Shown one piece after another: positions 55,139 through 64,000 of a stretch of 64,000 nucleotides of DNA; within the stretch, counting starts at the first letter, position 1, and every line of letters begins with the position of its first letter. A program made the position numbers and the translations under genes. The DNA comes from Candidatus Altiarchaeota archaeon. GTDB lineage: Archaea; Altiarchaeota; Altiarchaeia; IMC4; SCGC-AAA252-I15. The notes beneath the pieces are model-generated. The model was not told the DNA's origin. It worked only from the letters and a program-made list of their open reading frames with translations, and searched no databases. Where the stretch lies: the NCBI GenBank assembly GCA_043800255.1, contig JAZDNF010000008.1, forward strand, positions 92,622 through 156,621, given 5' to 3'.

Positions 55139-56965
55139 ATGGTGAGGAGTGGGGAAATTCTAAAAAAGAAGGGTGGAGTGGTGTTGAACGGCAACGAGGC
55201 CGTTGCCCGCGGCGCGCTTGAAGCAGGGGTCAACGTTGCCACATCCTATCCTGGAACGCCGGCAACGGAGATACTGGCAGCGCTCGCCGAAGTCTCGGAT
55301 AGAACGGGAGTCTACACCGAGTGGTCTGTGAACGAGGCTGTCGCCTTTGAGCTGGCCATGGGAGCATCATATGCCAACTTGAGGGCGATGTGCAGCATGA
55401 AGCACCTCGGTGAGAATACGATAATAGACGCCTTGAATGTGGTCAACTACACAGGAGTCAACGGCGGCCTCGTTCTTGTAGTTGCTGACGATCCCAAACC
55501 CATCGCCTCCCAGAATGCATTAGACTCAAGGTATCATGCGATAACTGCAAAGATTCCCTGCCTGGAGCCAGCCAACGGCCAGGAGGCTAAGGAGATGGTA
55601 AAGTACGCTTTCAAGCTCTCTGAGGATATAAGTCTGCCAGTCCAAATCAGGCTGACGTCGAAGATTTCACACACCAACTATGTCATAGAACTCGGCAGAC
55701 TGAGAGCAAAAAAGAAGACGCCCTCTTTCAAAAGGCAGCCTCACAGATTCGTGTGCATACCATCGCACTCGAGGGAGCTGCACCGCGAACTGAACAGGAA
55801 GAATGAAATTCTGAGAAGAATCTTTGAGAAGAGCGGAAATAACAGACTTGAGAAGTCTAAAAGCGATTTTGGAATCATCGCCTCCGGATTCGCGTACAAT
55901 TACGTGAAAGAGGCAATAGTAAGGACGAAAACCAAGGCTTCAATCCTCAAGCTGAGCACAGTAAACCCCATACCCCCTGAACTAATCAAGAGACTGCTTA
56001 AGAGAACGTCAAAAGTCTTGGTCGCTGAGGAGGTTGAGCCGATAGTCGAAGCAAAAGTCAGGGAGCTCGCGTTTGAGATAGGTTATAAAGGTGAAATTTT
56101 CGGGAAAAAAACAGGCCACATTCCACTGGAGTCGGAGCTTAGCGTGGAATCCATTGAAGATGCTGTTCTCGCCATCCTGAACAAGAAAAAATCAGCCAGG
56201 GAAAAAATCGAAGTCAAAAGGAGGATACCCTCGCTTTGCATCGGCTGCACCCACCGGGCATTCTATTATTCGCTGAGGAAGGCGCTTGAATTTTTTGGAG
56301 ACGACTACGTCGTGCTCGGAGACAGGGGCTGCTATAACGTGGGAGCTCATCCTCCACTGAATGCCATCGACACCTGCTTGTGTATGGGAGCCTCCATACC
56401 AGTCGCCTCAGGCCTGAGTAAGGCAGGATATAAGGGCAACGTTGTCGCAGTGATAGGAGACTCGACATTCCTCCACTCCGGACTTACCGGCCTCATAAAC
56501 TCCGTCCACAACCAGTCAAACCTAACAGTACTCATACTTGACAACAACTGGACTGCTATGACAGGCCACCAGCCTAACCCAAGCACAAGAGTTGACGCCG
56601 CCACGAACCATAAACCCCGCATTGACATCATAAAACTCGTGAAGGCTTGCGATGTCGGATTCTGCGAGAAAGCTGACCCGTATGACATTAAAGGGAGCAT
56701 TGATGTCCTGAAGAAGGCCGTTAAATTTGATGGAGTGTCAGTTGTCGTCTTCGAGAGGCCGTGCACCCTGAAGAGTAGATACCATGGAACTGCAGTATAT
56801 AACGTAAACCCTGACCGGTGCACTGGATGCCTGATATGCGTTGAAACATTCGGCTGCCCTGCGATAGTAAGGGGGGATATCACACCAAGGATAGATGACA
56901 ACTTATGCGTGAAATGCGGAGTATGCGTGCACGTATGCCCTGTCGGAGCGATAGAATCAAAATGA
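55139..56965 (+). CDS. iorA: Indolepyruvate:ferredoxin oxidoreductase alpha subunit
   Basis: GNEAVARGA, SYPGTP, MKHLG, LCIGCTHR, GDRGCY, IGDSTFLHSG, LDN..TAMTGHQP, two C-terminal ferredoxin motifs. Confidence 0.92.
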   Translation: MVRSGEILKKKGGVVLNGNEAVARGALEAGVNVATSYPGTPATEILAALAEVSDRTGVYTEWSVNEAVAFELAMGASYANLRAMCSMKHLGENTIIDALNVVNYTGVNGGLVLVVADDPKPIASQNALDSRYHAITAKIPCLEPANGQEAKEMVKYAFKLSEDISLPVQIRLTSKISHTNYVIELGRLRAKKKTPSFKRQPHRFVCIPSHSRELHRELNRKNEILRRIFEKSGNNRLEKSKSDFGIIASGFAYNYVKEAIVRTKTKASILKLSTVNPIPPELIKRLLKRTSKVLVAEEVEPIVEAKVRELAFEIGYKGEIFGKKTGHIPLESELSVESIEDAVLAILNKKKSAREKIEVKRRIPSLCIGCTHRAFYYSLRKALEFFGDDYVVLGDRGCYNVGAHPPLNAIDTCLCMGASIPVASGLSKAGYKGNVVAVIGDSTFLHSGLTGLINSVHNQSNLTVLILDNNWTAMTGHQPNPSTRVDAATNHKPRIDIIKLVKACDVGFCEKADPYDIKGSIDVLKKAVKFDGVSVVVFERPCTLKSRYHGTAVYNVNPDRCTGCLICVETFGCPAIVRGDITPRIDDNLCVKCGVCVHVCPVGAIESK

Positions 56966-57537
56966 ATTATGACATTGTCATCTGTGGGATAGGAGGACAG
57001 GGCGTTATGCTGATATCGAGGGTAATCGCAGAAGCAGCTCTGAAAGAGGGGGAAAAAGTCATGGTTATGGAAGACAGGGGGCACGCGAAGAGATTCGGCT
57101 CCATCTCATGCCATATCCGCCTCGGCGACGCATACTCTCCCACAATACCTGAAGGCTCGGCAGACCTGTTGGTAGGATTAGACCCGACAGAAGCGGTTAG
57201 GAACCTCCACTACCTTAAAAAAGGGAGTACCGCAATAATAGATTCTACTTCAGCTTCGATTGACGGAATAGCCGAATTCACGATTTATCAAGCAGCCCCG
57301 CTGGTGAATGACAAGAACGTCAGATTTTACACTGTAGACACAACAGGAATCTCAAACACGATAGGGAGCCAACTCGTCAGGAATATGGCGATGCTAGGAG
57401 CGATAACTGCGGTCGAATGTTTTCCGCTGGGCAAAAACATAGTTAAGAGATCAATGAAGACACTCGTTCCGAAAAAAATCAAAGAGAACGAAAAAGCATT
57501 TGAACTCAGCCACAAGCAGATAAAGAATGCACGCTAG
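56962..57537 (+). CDS. iorB: Indolepyruvate:ferredoxin oxidoreductase beta subunit
   Basis: ICGIGGQG, HAKRFGSISCHIR, NMAMLGA, NEKAF; ATGA overlap with iorA. Confidence 0.9.
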   Translation: MNYDIVICGIGGQGVMLISRVIAEAALKEGEKVMVMEDRGHAKRFGSISCHIRLGDAYSPTIPEGSADLLVGLDPTEAVRNLHYLKKGSTAIIDSTSASIDGIAEFTIYQAAPLVNDKNVRFYTVDTTGISNTIGSQLVRNMAMLGAITAVECFPLGKNIVKRSMKTLVPKKIKENEKAFELSHKQIKNAR

Positions 57538-58850
57538 ACCAGGAGGTCATCATACTCGACGCTGAAGTCCTTCCTGTACCAGTCAATCTCTGCCCAGCCT
57601 TTAAGACTGTCAGGGAGAACGAAACCGCCCCTGACTGCGAGTTCGAAAAGCTCGGTTCCGGGGTAGGGCGTGTACATGCTCATCTTCCAGACTATCGCAT
57701 CAGGGTTGTCAGTCTTTAACTCTCTTATCAAATCCAGAGTGTTATTGAACTCTTCCTCGATTTCTGTCGGAAAACCAGCCATAAAGGTGAATTCTGGAAC
57801 GATTCCAACCTCTTTGAGCCGGAGGTTAGCCTGCCGTATCATGTCAACAGTGATTCCTTTCCGGATAAGCTTCAATATTCTGTCAGACCCTGATTCCGCG
57901 CCGATATAGACTCTACACATTCCAGATTTCTTCAACTTTTCCAGAAATCCACTGCTCATTTTTAGAAGATCGTCCGCCCTGCACTCGCCCCACCAATTAA
58001 ACGATAGTCTCTCCTTGATTATCAAATCAAGTATCCGCTCAACCCGTCCCATATCTGCAAAAAGGTTATCATCAAGAAAATAGAGGGGACCAGCACCGAT
58101 AGCCAACAGCTGCTTAATCTGATAGATAGCTAACTCAGGTTTCAAGGTACGATATTTTTTGTTTAACATAGGGATGGAACAGTAGGCGCAATTTCTAGGA
58201 CATCCCCGACTCGTGAAAATAGTCCAAATGTAGCTAGCCTTATACCTCCCTATCAGAGAATAAGGCAGTGGATAGTAGTCATTCAGGTCTATAAGCTCAC
58301 GCTCAGGAGTTTGAATAATTTTCCCGTTCTCCTTGTAGAGTATTCCCTTCACACTCTTCAGATTCCCGTTACGTTCGAGTACCTTAACGAGTTCGAGTAA
58401 TGTCTCCTCACCCTCACCGACAACAACCACGTCAATATTCTTGTAGTCGATTGTCTGACTGGAAAGCATTGTTGCATGATGGCCTCCGACGACAACAGGC
58501 GTTTTAGGATAGTTTTCTTTTACATAATCGATCAACTCGCAGGCGTATTTTATCTGATTGCCAGGCATAAAGGTCAAACCAACACAGATAACCCCTTCAG
58601 CCAGCATACGATCCAGATCACCAAAACAATCACGCTCTATCCGCTGATCAAGGATTTTAACAGAATAGCCTTCTCTTACCAGAGAACCTGCCACAGCCAA
58701 CAGAGAGGAGGGGATTTGGATGTTATAGTCCCTATCGGATTTAGGGTGAATCATCAGGACATCATATTTATTACAGTCGTGGTAGGGATCGACCCTGCGG
58801 CCCAAAAGCCGATGTAAATGCTTTTCGACATACTTACGAGAGGAACCCAT
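57534..58850 (-). CDS. B12-binding radical SAM enzyme
   Basis: B12 domain (VVVGGHHAT, VVGEGE), SRGCPRNCAYC, DDNLF, GAESGS, MAGFPTE, PYPGTEL. Confidence 0.9.
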   Translation of the reverse strand: MGSSRKYVEKHLHRLLGRRVDPYHDCNKYDVLMIHPKSDRDYNIQIPSSLLAVAGSLVREGYSVKILDQRIERDCFGDLDRMLAEGVICVGLTFMPGNQIKYACELIDYVKENYPKTPVVVGGHHATMLSSQTIDYKNIDVVVVGEGEETLLELVKVLERNGNLKSVKGILYKENGKIIQTPERELIDLNDYYPLPYSLIGRYKASYIWTIFTSRGCPRNCAYCSIPMLNKKYRTLKPELAIYQIKQLLAIGAGPLYFLDDNLFADMGRVERILDLIIKERLSFNWWGECRADDLLKMSSGFLEKLKKSGMCRVYIGAESGSDRILKLIRKGITVDMIRQANLRLKEVGIVPEFTFMAGFPTEIEEEFNNTLDLIRELKTDNPDAIVWKMSMYTPYPGTELFELAVRGGFVLPDSLKGWAEIDWYRKDFSVEYDDLLV

Positions 58851-58882
58851 ATTAAGAATTAATCGGTAGTATATATGATAAC

Positions 58883-59626
58883 ATGCTGCTTGAAGAGAAA
58901 GTTATGCTCGTGACTGGCGCATCTAGGGGTATAGGAGCTGCCATCGCTAGAAGGTCTGCAGCAGAAGGTGCTAATGTTGTAGTGAACTATTTTAGAAGCG
59001 CGAATGATGCCAAACGCGTTGTAAAGGAGATAGCAAACTCGGGAGGCAACGCCATTTCAGTGAAAGCCGACGTATCAGATTTGGCGCAAGTCAGGAGGAT
59101 GGTGGCGAAGACCTTGAAAGAGTTGGGTGGTGTTGACGTCTTAGTGAACAATGCCGGCATAGTGAAGGACAGGACTTTGAAGAATATGACACTAGATAAA
59201 TGGAACGCCGTTTTGAATGTGAACTTGAAAGGAGCCTACAACTGCTGCAAATGCGTTATACCGCACATGATAGAAAAACGCTCTGGCAGGATAATCAATA
59301 TCGCATCAATCGTCGGACAGGCAGGCAACGTCGGCCAAGTAAACTATGCAGCATCTAAGGCAGGCATGATAGGATTGACGAAGGCGCTGGCAAGGGAGCT
59401 GGCGCCCAAGGGGATAAACGTGAACGCCGTCTCACCAGGCCACATAAAAACGGACATGATAGCCTCGATACCAGACAACATCCGAAAAGAGATACTGAGG
59501 AACATACCATTGGGGAGGGCGGGAACCGCAGACGAGGTCGCAGATGCTGTAGTGTTCCTGGCATCCGACATGTCTGAGTATATTACCGGCCAGGTCATAA
59601 ACGTGAACGGCGGACTCTATATGTAA
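58883..59626 (+). CDS. fabG: 3-oxoacyl reductase (FabG/PhaB-like SDR)
   Basis: TGASRGIG, NNAGI, GQVNYAASKAG, VNAVSPG, ITGQVINVNGG. Confidence 0.9.
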   Translation: MLLEEKVMLVTGASRGIGAAIARRSAAEGANVVVNYFRSANDAKRVVKEIANSGGNAISVKADVSDLAQVRRMVAKTLKELGGVDVLVNNAGIVKDRTLKNMTLDKWNAVLNVNLKGAYNCCKCVIPHMIEKRSGRIINIASIVGQAGNVGQVNYAASKAGMIGLTKALARELAPKGINVNAVSPGHIKTDMIASIPDNIRKEILRNIPLGRAGTADEVADAVVFLASDMSEYITGQVINVNGGLYM

Positions 59627-59628
59627 TA

Positions 59629-60051
59629 TTAGAGTATTGCCTTTCCAGTGGCCTCGCCTTGAACGACAATCTTCCCGTCCTGATTCCTGCAGATGGTCTT
59701 GAACCGCAATTTTTTCTCGTCCTCGATTTTTTCCAGAAGTTCAACTTCAACGGTAACAGTATCGCCTATCCTGACAGGTCTCAGGAATTCCAATGTCTGG
59801 GAGAGATACGCGTATCCCGTGCCGGGCAATTTCTGAGCGAGAACTGAGGAAATCAGACCACCGAGGTACATCCCATGGGCGATCCGGCCGCCGAAGACGG
59901 TTTTCCTGGCATAGTCGTCATCCAAGTGCATGGGATTCATGTCACCAGTAACCTCCGCATAAGCTCTGACATCTTCTGCAGTAACCTTCCGTTTTATTGA
60001 CGCCGTAACTCCAACACTAAGCTCTTCAAAGGATTTGTACTTGGCAACCAT
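59629..60051 (-). CDS. MaoC/PhaJ-type (R)-specific enoyl-CoA hydratase/dehydratase
   Basis: TGDMNPMHLDDDYA..FGGRIAHG, LPG, FLRPVRIGD. Confidence 0.9.
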   Translation of the reverse strand: MVAKYKSFEELSVGVTASIKRKVTAEDVRAYAEVTGDMNPMHLDDDYARKTVFGGRIAHGMYLGGLISSVLAQKLPGTGYAYLSQTLEFLRPVRIGDTVTVEVELLEKIEDEKKLRFKTICRNQDGKIVVQGEATGKAIL

Positions 60052-60099
60052 AGAATCACTAGGATATTATTATAATGCCAAAACCAATAATAATGCGCC

Positions 60100-61530
60100 A
60101 TGGGATTGAAGAGTAGTGGGGGTTACCGAGAAAGCCTTAAAAAGCTGAAACCCAATGTGTATATCAACGGAAAACGGATAAAGAACATCGTAGACAACCC
60201 CTTTTTGAAGCCTGGGATAAACACTATTTCTGTCACATACGACCTGGCAGTCGATGATAGGTACAAAGAGCTTATGACAGTCCAATCTGCGGAGATCGGT
60301 GAGACCATCAACAGGTTCAATCACATACATCAAACATCAGAGGATCTAATATCAAAGCTGAAGATGATAAGAGAATGCTGCCACAGAACCCTGTGCGCCC
60401 AACGGTGCATGGGCATGGACTGCATCAACTCCTTAACAATAGTAACCCAGCAGATCGACAAAAAACACAAGACACCATATTCGGAGAGATTTCAGAAATT
60501 CTTAAAGTACTTTCAAGAAAATGACCTAGTTGCGGCAGTTGCCATGACAGACGTGAAGGGAAACAGGTCCCTCAGGCCATCAGAGCAACCCGACCCAGAC
60601 ATGTACCTTCATGTCGTTGAAAAGGACGATGAGGGGATAATAGTCAAGGGCGCGAAAGTCCACACGACTGTCGCACCCCATGCGCATGAGATAATGGCAA
60701 TACCGACAAGGGCTATGAACGAGACGGAGGGAGAGTATAGCATCGCATTCTCCATCCCAAACGATACTAAAGGCTTGACGATGATATGCAAAGCAGGCAA
60801 ATCGTTCAACGATGAAAAACCGGAATTGAGCTCACGACATAATACAATAGAGTCATTGACAGTCTTTGACAACGTTTTTGTCCCGTGGGAAAGGGTTTTT
60901 CTATGCGGCGAACACGAGTTCTCAGGATCGCTTGCTACAGCCTTCGCAACATATCACAGGCACAGTTACAACGCATGCAAACCAGCATATGGGGATATAG
61001 TAATCGGCGCATCGGCGCTGGTGGCAGAACACAATGGGATACAGGACAAATCACACGTCAAGGAAAAAATAGCGAGATTAGTATATCACAATCAAATCTG
61101 CTGGGCATGTGGGATAGCAGGTTCGGTTAATGGCACGAAAACAGAGTCTGGGGCATATTTCCCGGACATGGGATTAGTCAACATCGGAAAACTGCATTCT
61201 GGTGAATCATTTCACGAAGAATTCCACCTGCTACAGGATATTGCCGGCGGTCTGACAGTAACTTTACCGTCAAAAGAGGACTATGAGAACCCGGAGATTA
61301 GAGGGTACATGGACAAGTACCTTAAAGGAGCAGACAATATCTCAACAAGAGATAGGATAAATCTTTTCAGGTTCATCAAGGACCTTACCGCAAGCGACTT
61401 TGGAGGTTTGTTTTCTGTCGCAGGCATACACGGAGGAGGCTCACCTCAAGCCCAGTGCATTGAGATACTGAGACAATACGACATCGACGAAAAGAAAAAG
61501 ATTGTGAAAGACCTTGCAGACATAAGATAA
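60100..61530 (+). CDS. abfD: 4-hydroxybutyryl-CoA dehydratase / vinylacetyl-CoA isomerase family (AbfD-like)
   Basis: CAQRCMGMD, AMTDVKGNRS.RPS.Q.DPD.Y, GAKVH, FDNVFVPWERVF, YHRHSYNACK (Fe-S Cys/His ligands), HGGGS. Confidence 0.82.
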   Translation: MGLKSSGGYRESLKKLKPNVYINGKRIKNIVDNPFLKPGINTISVTYDLAVDDRYKELMTVQSAEIGETINRFNHIHQTSEDLISKLKMIRECCHRTLCAQRCMGMDCINSLTIVTQQIDKKHKTPYSERFQKFLKYFQENDLVAAVAMTDVKGNRSLRPSEQPDPDMYLHVVEKDDEGIIVKGAKVHTTVAPHAHEIMAIPTRAMNETEGEYSIAFSIPNDTKGLTMICKAGKSFNDEKPELSSRHNTIESLTVFDNVFVPWERVFLCGEHEFSGSLATAFATYHRHSYNACKPAYGDIVIGASALVAEHNGIQDKSHVKEKIARLVYHNQICWACGIAGSVNGTKTESGAYFPDMGLVNIGKLHSGESFHEEFHLLQDIAGGLTVTLPSKEDYENPEIRGYMDKYLKGADNISTRDRINLFRFIKDLTASDFGGLFSVAGIHGGGSPQAQCIEILRQYDIDEKKKIVKDLADIR

Positions 61531-61560
61531 TCAACTGTTGTTCTAAAATCATATAGTAGT

Positions 61561-61989
61561 ATGAACAAGAAAAAAGCAGTAAAAGAATTTGTTACGGAAC
61601 ACAGGGTGAGGTATGCGGACACCGATAAGTCTGGGAGAGGATACTATGCCGCCTATCTCAGATGGTTCGAGATAGGACGGATAGAAGCTATAAGATCACT
61701 AGGAATCATCTACTCTGAACTTGAGAAGCAGGGATTTTTTGCACCAGTAGTTGAGTTAAATGTCAACTACAAACATCCTGTAGAATATGACGAAGAGCTA
61801 CTATTAGAGACTAATATAGAAAAGGTGGGGACGACTAGTATAAAATTAGGCTACCTGCTGTATAGGAAAAAAGATTCGCTCCTTCTCGCCCAAGCTTCGA
61901 CAACTCATGTGATAGTAGGTAGAAGCGGTAGACCCAGAAGGATACCAGAGAGTATTAAAAAATTATTGAAAGAAAAACCCTTAGATTAA
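61561..61989 (+). CDS. Acyl-CoA thioesterase (YbgC/4HBT hot-dog)
   Basis: RVRYADTD.SG..YYA.YLRWFE.GR, YKHPVEYDE. Confidence 0.88.
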   Translation: MNKKKAVKEFVTEHRVRYADTDKSGRGYYAAYLRWFEIGRIEAIRSLGIIYSELEKQGFFAPVVELNVNYKHPVEYDEELLLETNIEKVGTTSIKLGYLLYRKKDSLLLAQASTTHVIVGRSGRPRRIPESIKKLLKEKPLD

Positions 61990-61991
61990 GC

Positions 61992-62960
61992 ATGAAGAAG
62001 GAACTAAGAGCCGCCGGAATAACTGCAACAGGATCTTATGCCCCCGAAAAGATTGTAACAAACTCTGATATTGTCGAAAGAGGCGTTGACACCTCAGATG
62101 AGTGGATATACACGAAATTAGGTATAAAAGAGAGACGATTCGTCACAGACGAGGAAACATCAGACCTCACCGTTAATGCCATAAAGAATCTACTGAAAGA
62201 GACCGAATTAGCCCCTGCTGACTTGGACATGATAATCGTCGCGACTGGAACGCCTGACATGATGTCTCCTTCAACAGCATGTATAGTCCAAGACAAGCTT
62301 AAGGCAAAGAACGCGGCAGCCTTCGACATAAACAACGCATGCACAGGATTCAACTACGCCATAGAAGTTGGTGCAAAATTCGTTGCGGATGGAACCTATG
62401 ATAACGTAGTTGTAGTTGGTGCTGAGGTTAACTCTACGCTTCTGAACTGGGATGACCGGACAACCTGCGTCTACTTTGCAGACGCTGCTGGAGCAGTCCT
62501 CTTGAATCCAGTAGGGAACGGCTACGGTATGCTCGGCTCCTATCTTGGCGCAGACGGCTCAAAGAGGGATGTACTGTATGTGGCAAGAGAGGGGAATGAT
62601 TATTTCAAATATCGCATACATATGGATGGGAAGGCAGTTTGGGACTTTGCGGTGAACATTTTCCCGACTGCTGTCAGAAAAGCCGTAGAACAATGTGATC
62701 TAACAATCGAAGATATTGACTTTCTGATATCCCATCAAGCCAACATCAACATAATAGAGCACTGCATGAAAGAGTTAGGGCTTAGCATGGATCAGACGTA
62801 CACAACTATCAGAGATTATGGTAACACAGTCGCAGCATCAATTCCATTGTCACTAGACTACGCTGTCAGAAAAGGCAAAATAAAAAGGGGCGACATTGTG
62901 GTCTTTGTCGGTTTCGGCGCTGGCCTGACCTGGGGAGCTAACGTTGTGAGATGGGTCTAA
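61992..62960 (+). CDS. fabH: Beta-ketoacyl synthase III (FabH-like), copy 1
   Basis: DTSDEWI..KLGI.ERR, NACTGF, DRTTC, MDGKAV, SHQAN, YGNT, GFGAGLTWG. Confidence 0.9.
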   Translation: MKKELRAAGITATGSYAPEKIVTNSDIVERGVDTSDEWIYTKLGIKERRFVTDEETSDLTVNAIKNLLKETELAPADLDMIIVATGTPDMMSPSTACIVQDKLKAKNAAAFDINNACTGFNYAIEVGAKFVADGTYDNVVVVGAEVNSTLLNWDDRTTCVYFADAAGAVLLNPVGNGYGMLGSYLGADGSKRDVLYVAREGNDYFKYRIHMDGKAVWDFAVNIFPTAVRKAVEQCDLTIEDIDFLISHQANINIIEHCMKELGLSMDQTYTTIRDYGNTVAASIPLSLDYAVRKGKIKRGDIVVFVGFGAGLTWGANVVRWV

Positions 62961-63961
62961 AAACCGATGTCAAATGCAGAAGCGCGGGAATAACAGCCAT
63001 AGGTTCACATCTGCCAGAGGGGATTATAACAAACGACGACCTTGTTGCAACAGGGCTTAACACAACCTCAAAGTGGATAGTCGAGAAGACGGGGATAGCG
63101 AGCAGGCGGAAGGCAGCCCCAGACGAGTGCGCCACAGACCTGGCCGAGAAAGCCGCCAAAAAATGCATGAAGGCTGCGAGGATCAACCCAGACGAGATAG
63201 ACCTGCTGATATCATCAGGCACTGGCGACTATTACATCCCGACGAATTCCAATCTGATTGCCGAAAGATTAGGCACTGAGAACGCCGTGGCAGTTGACAT
63301 TCCGAACTACTGCTCGGCATTCAATTATTCGCTTACAGTTGCGGAAAAGTTCATAGCGGACTGCACATACGATAACGTCCTGATTGTCGGGGCTGAGATC
63401 ACCTCAAGGTTTACAGACTACACCGACAGGACAACCTGCATATTCTTCGGAGACGGCGCGGGAGCGGCGCTAGTCTCACCTGTAGACGAAGGTTATGGAA
63501 TCCTGTCATCGTACCTCAAAACCGCAGCAGGGGACAAGATGGTCCTATCCTTCCCAGGGGGAGGCACAATAAATCCGACATCATATGAGACCATCAAGAA
63601 GAGGATGCACTACATTAGGATGGACGGAAAGGCCATCTGGGATTTCGCGATAAAGGCGTTTCCCGAGGCAGTTCGGGAAGCTGTCAAACAAGCAGGCCTG
63701 ACAGTCAAAGACATAGACCTGGTAATACCCCACCAGGCGAACAGCAACATAATAAAACGGGGTATGGAGGAGCTGGGCCTTCCGATGACCAAAACCTTCA
63801 CAAACCTGCACAAATACGGAAACACAACCAGCGCCTCACAGATAATAGCACTAGACGAGGCAATACAACAGAAAAAAATCAAAAAAGACGACAACATCGT
63901 ACTAGCAGGATTCGGCGCAGCACTAAGCTACGGAGCCAACGTCATAAAATGGGCATACTAA
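62951..63961 (+). CDS. fabH: Beta-ketoacyl synthase III (FabH-like), copy 2
   Basis: WIVEKTGI.SRR, NYCSAF, DRTTCIFFGDGAGA, MDGKAI, PHQAN, YGNT. Confidence 0.9.
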   Translation: MGLKTDVKCRSAGITAIGSHLPEGIITNDDLVATGLNTTSKWIVEKTGIASRRKAAPDECATDLAEKAAKKCMKAARINPDEIDLLISSGTGDYYIPTNSNLIAERLGTENAVAVDIPNYCSAFNYSLTVAEKFIADCTYDNVLIVGAEITSRFTDYTDRTTCIFFGDGAGAALVSPVDEGYGILSSYLKTAAGDKMVLSFPGGGTINPTSYETIKKRMHYIRMDGKAIWDFAIKAFPEAVREAVKQAGLTVKDIDLVIPHQANSNIIKRGMEELGLPMTKTFTNLHKYGNTTSASQIIALDEAIQQKKIKKDDNIVLAGFGAALSYGANVIKWAY

Positions 63962-64000
63962 ACAACCTACTCCTAGAATACAACAAAAAACTCAAACCAA

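Overview
Archaeal chromosomal segment: PolD DP1/DP2, thermosome, archaeal LeuRS, TATA promoters and BHB-intron tRNAs. The gene set suggests a DPANN/Altiarchaeota-like lineage, but that placement is inference. The housekeeping backbone (trpE, asd, leuS, ths, polC/polB, pyrDKCEF + pyrBI, DtxR-FeoA/FeoB) is interrupted by four notable regions. (1) Two intron-containing tRNA genes, Ile2/Met-CAU and Ser-GGA, whose introns share one hairpin scaffold and which are each preceded by a ~16-nt duplicate of their own 5' end. (2) An AT-rich island after tRNA-Ser encoding a PIN protein, a degenerate Doc toxin-antitoxin pair and an Imm5-like protein. (3) An AT-rich GmrSD + RelE-type toxin-antitoxin block bounded by attC-like and inverted-repeat structures. 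(4) A lower-GC cluster of bacterial-type acyl-chain enzymes (IorAB, B12-radical SAM, FabG, MaoC, AbfD, thioesterase, two FabH lacking the ACP-docking Arg) that runs to the window end and suggests a CoA-based fatty-acid/polyketide-like pathway in an archaeon. All calls come from motif recognition by eye; no searches were run.
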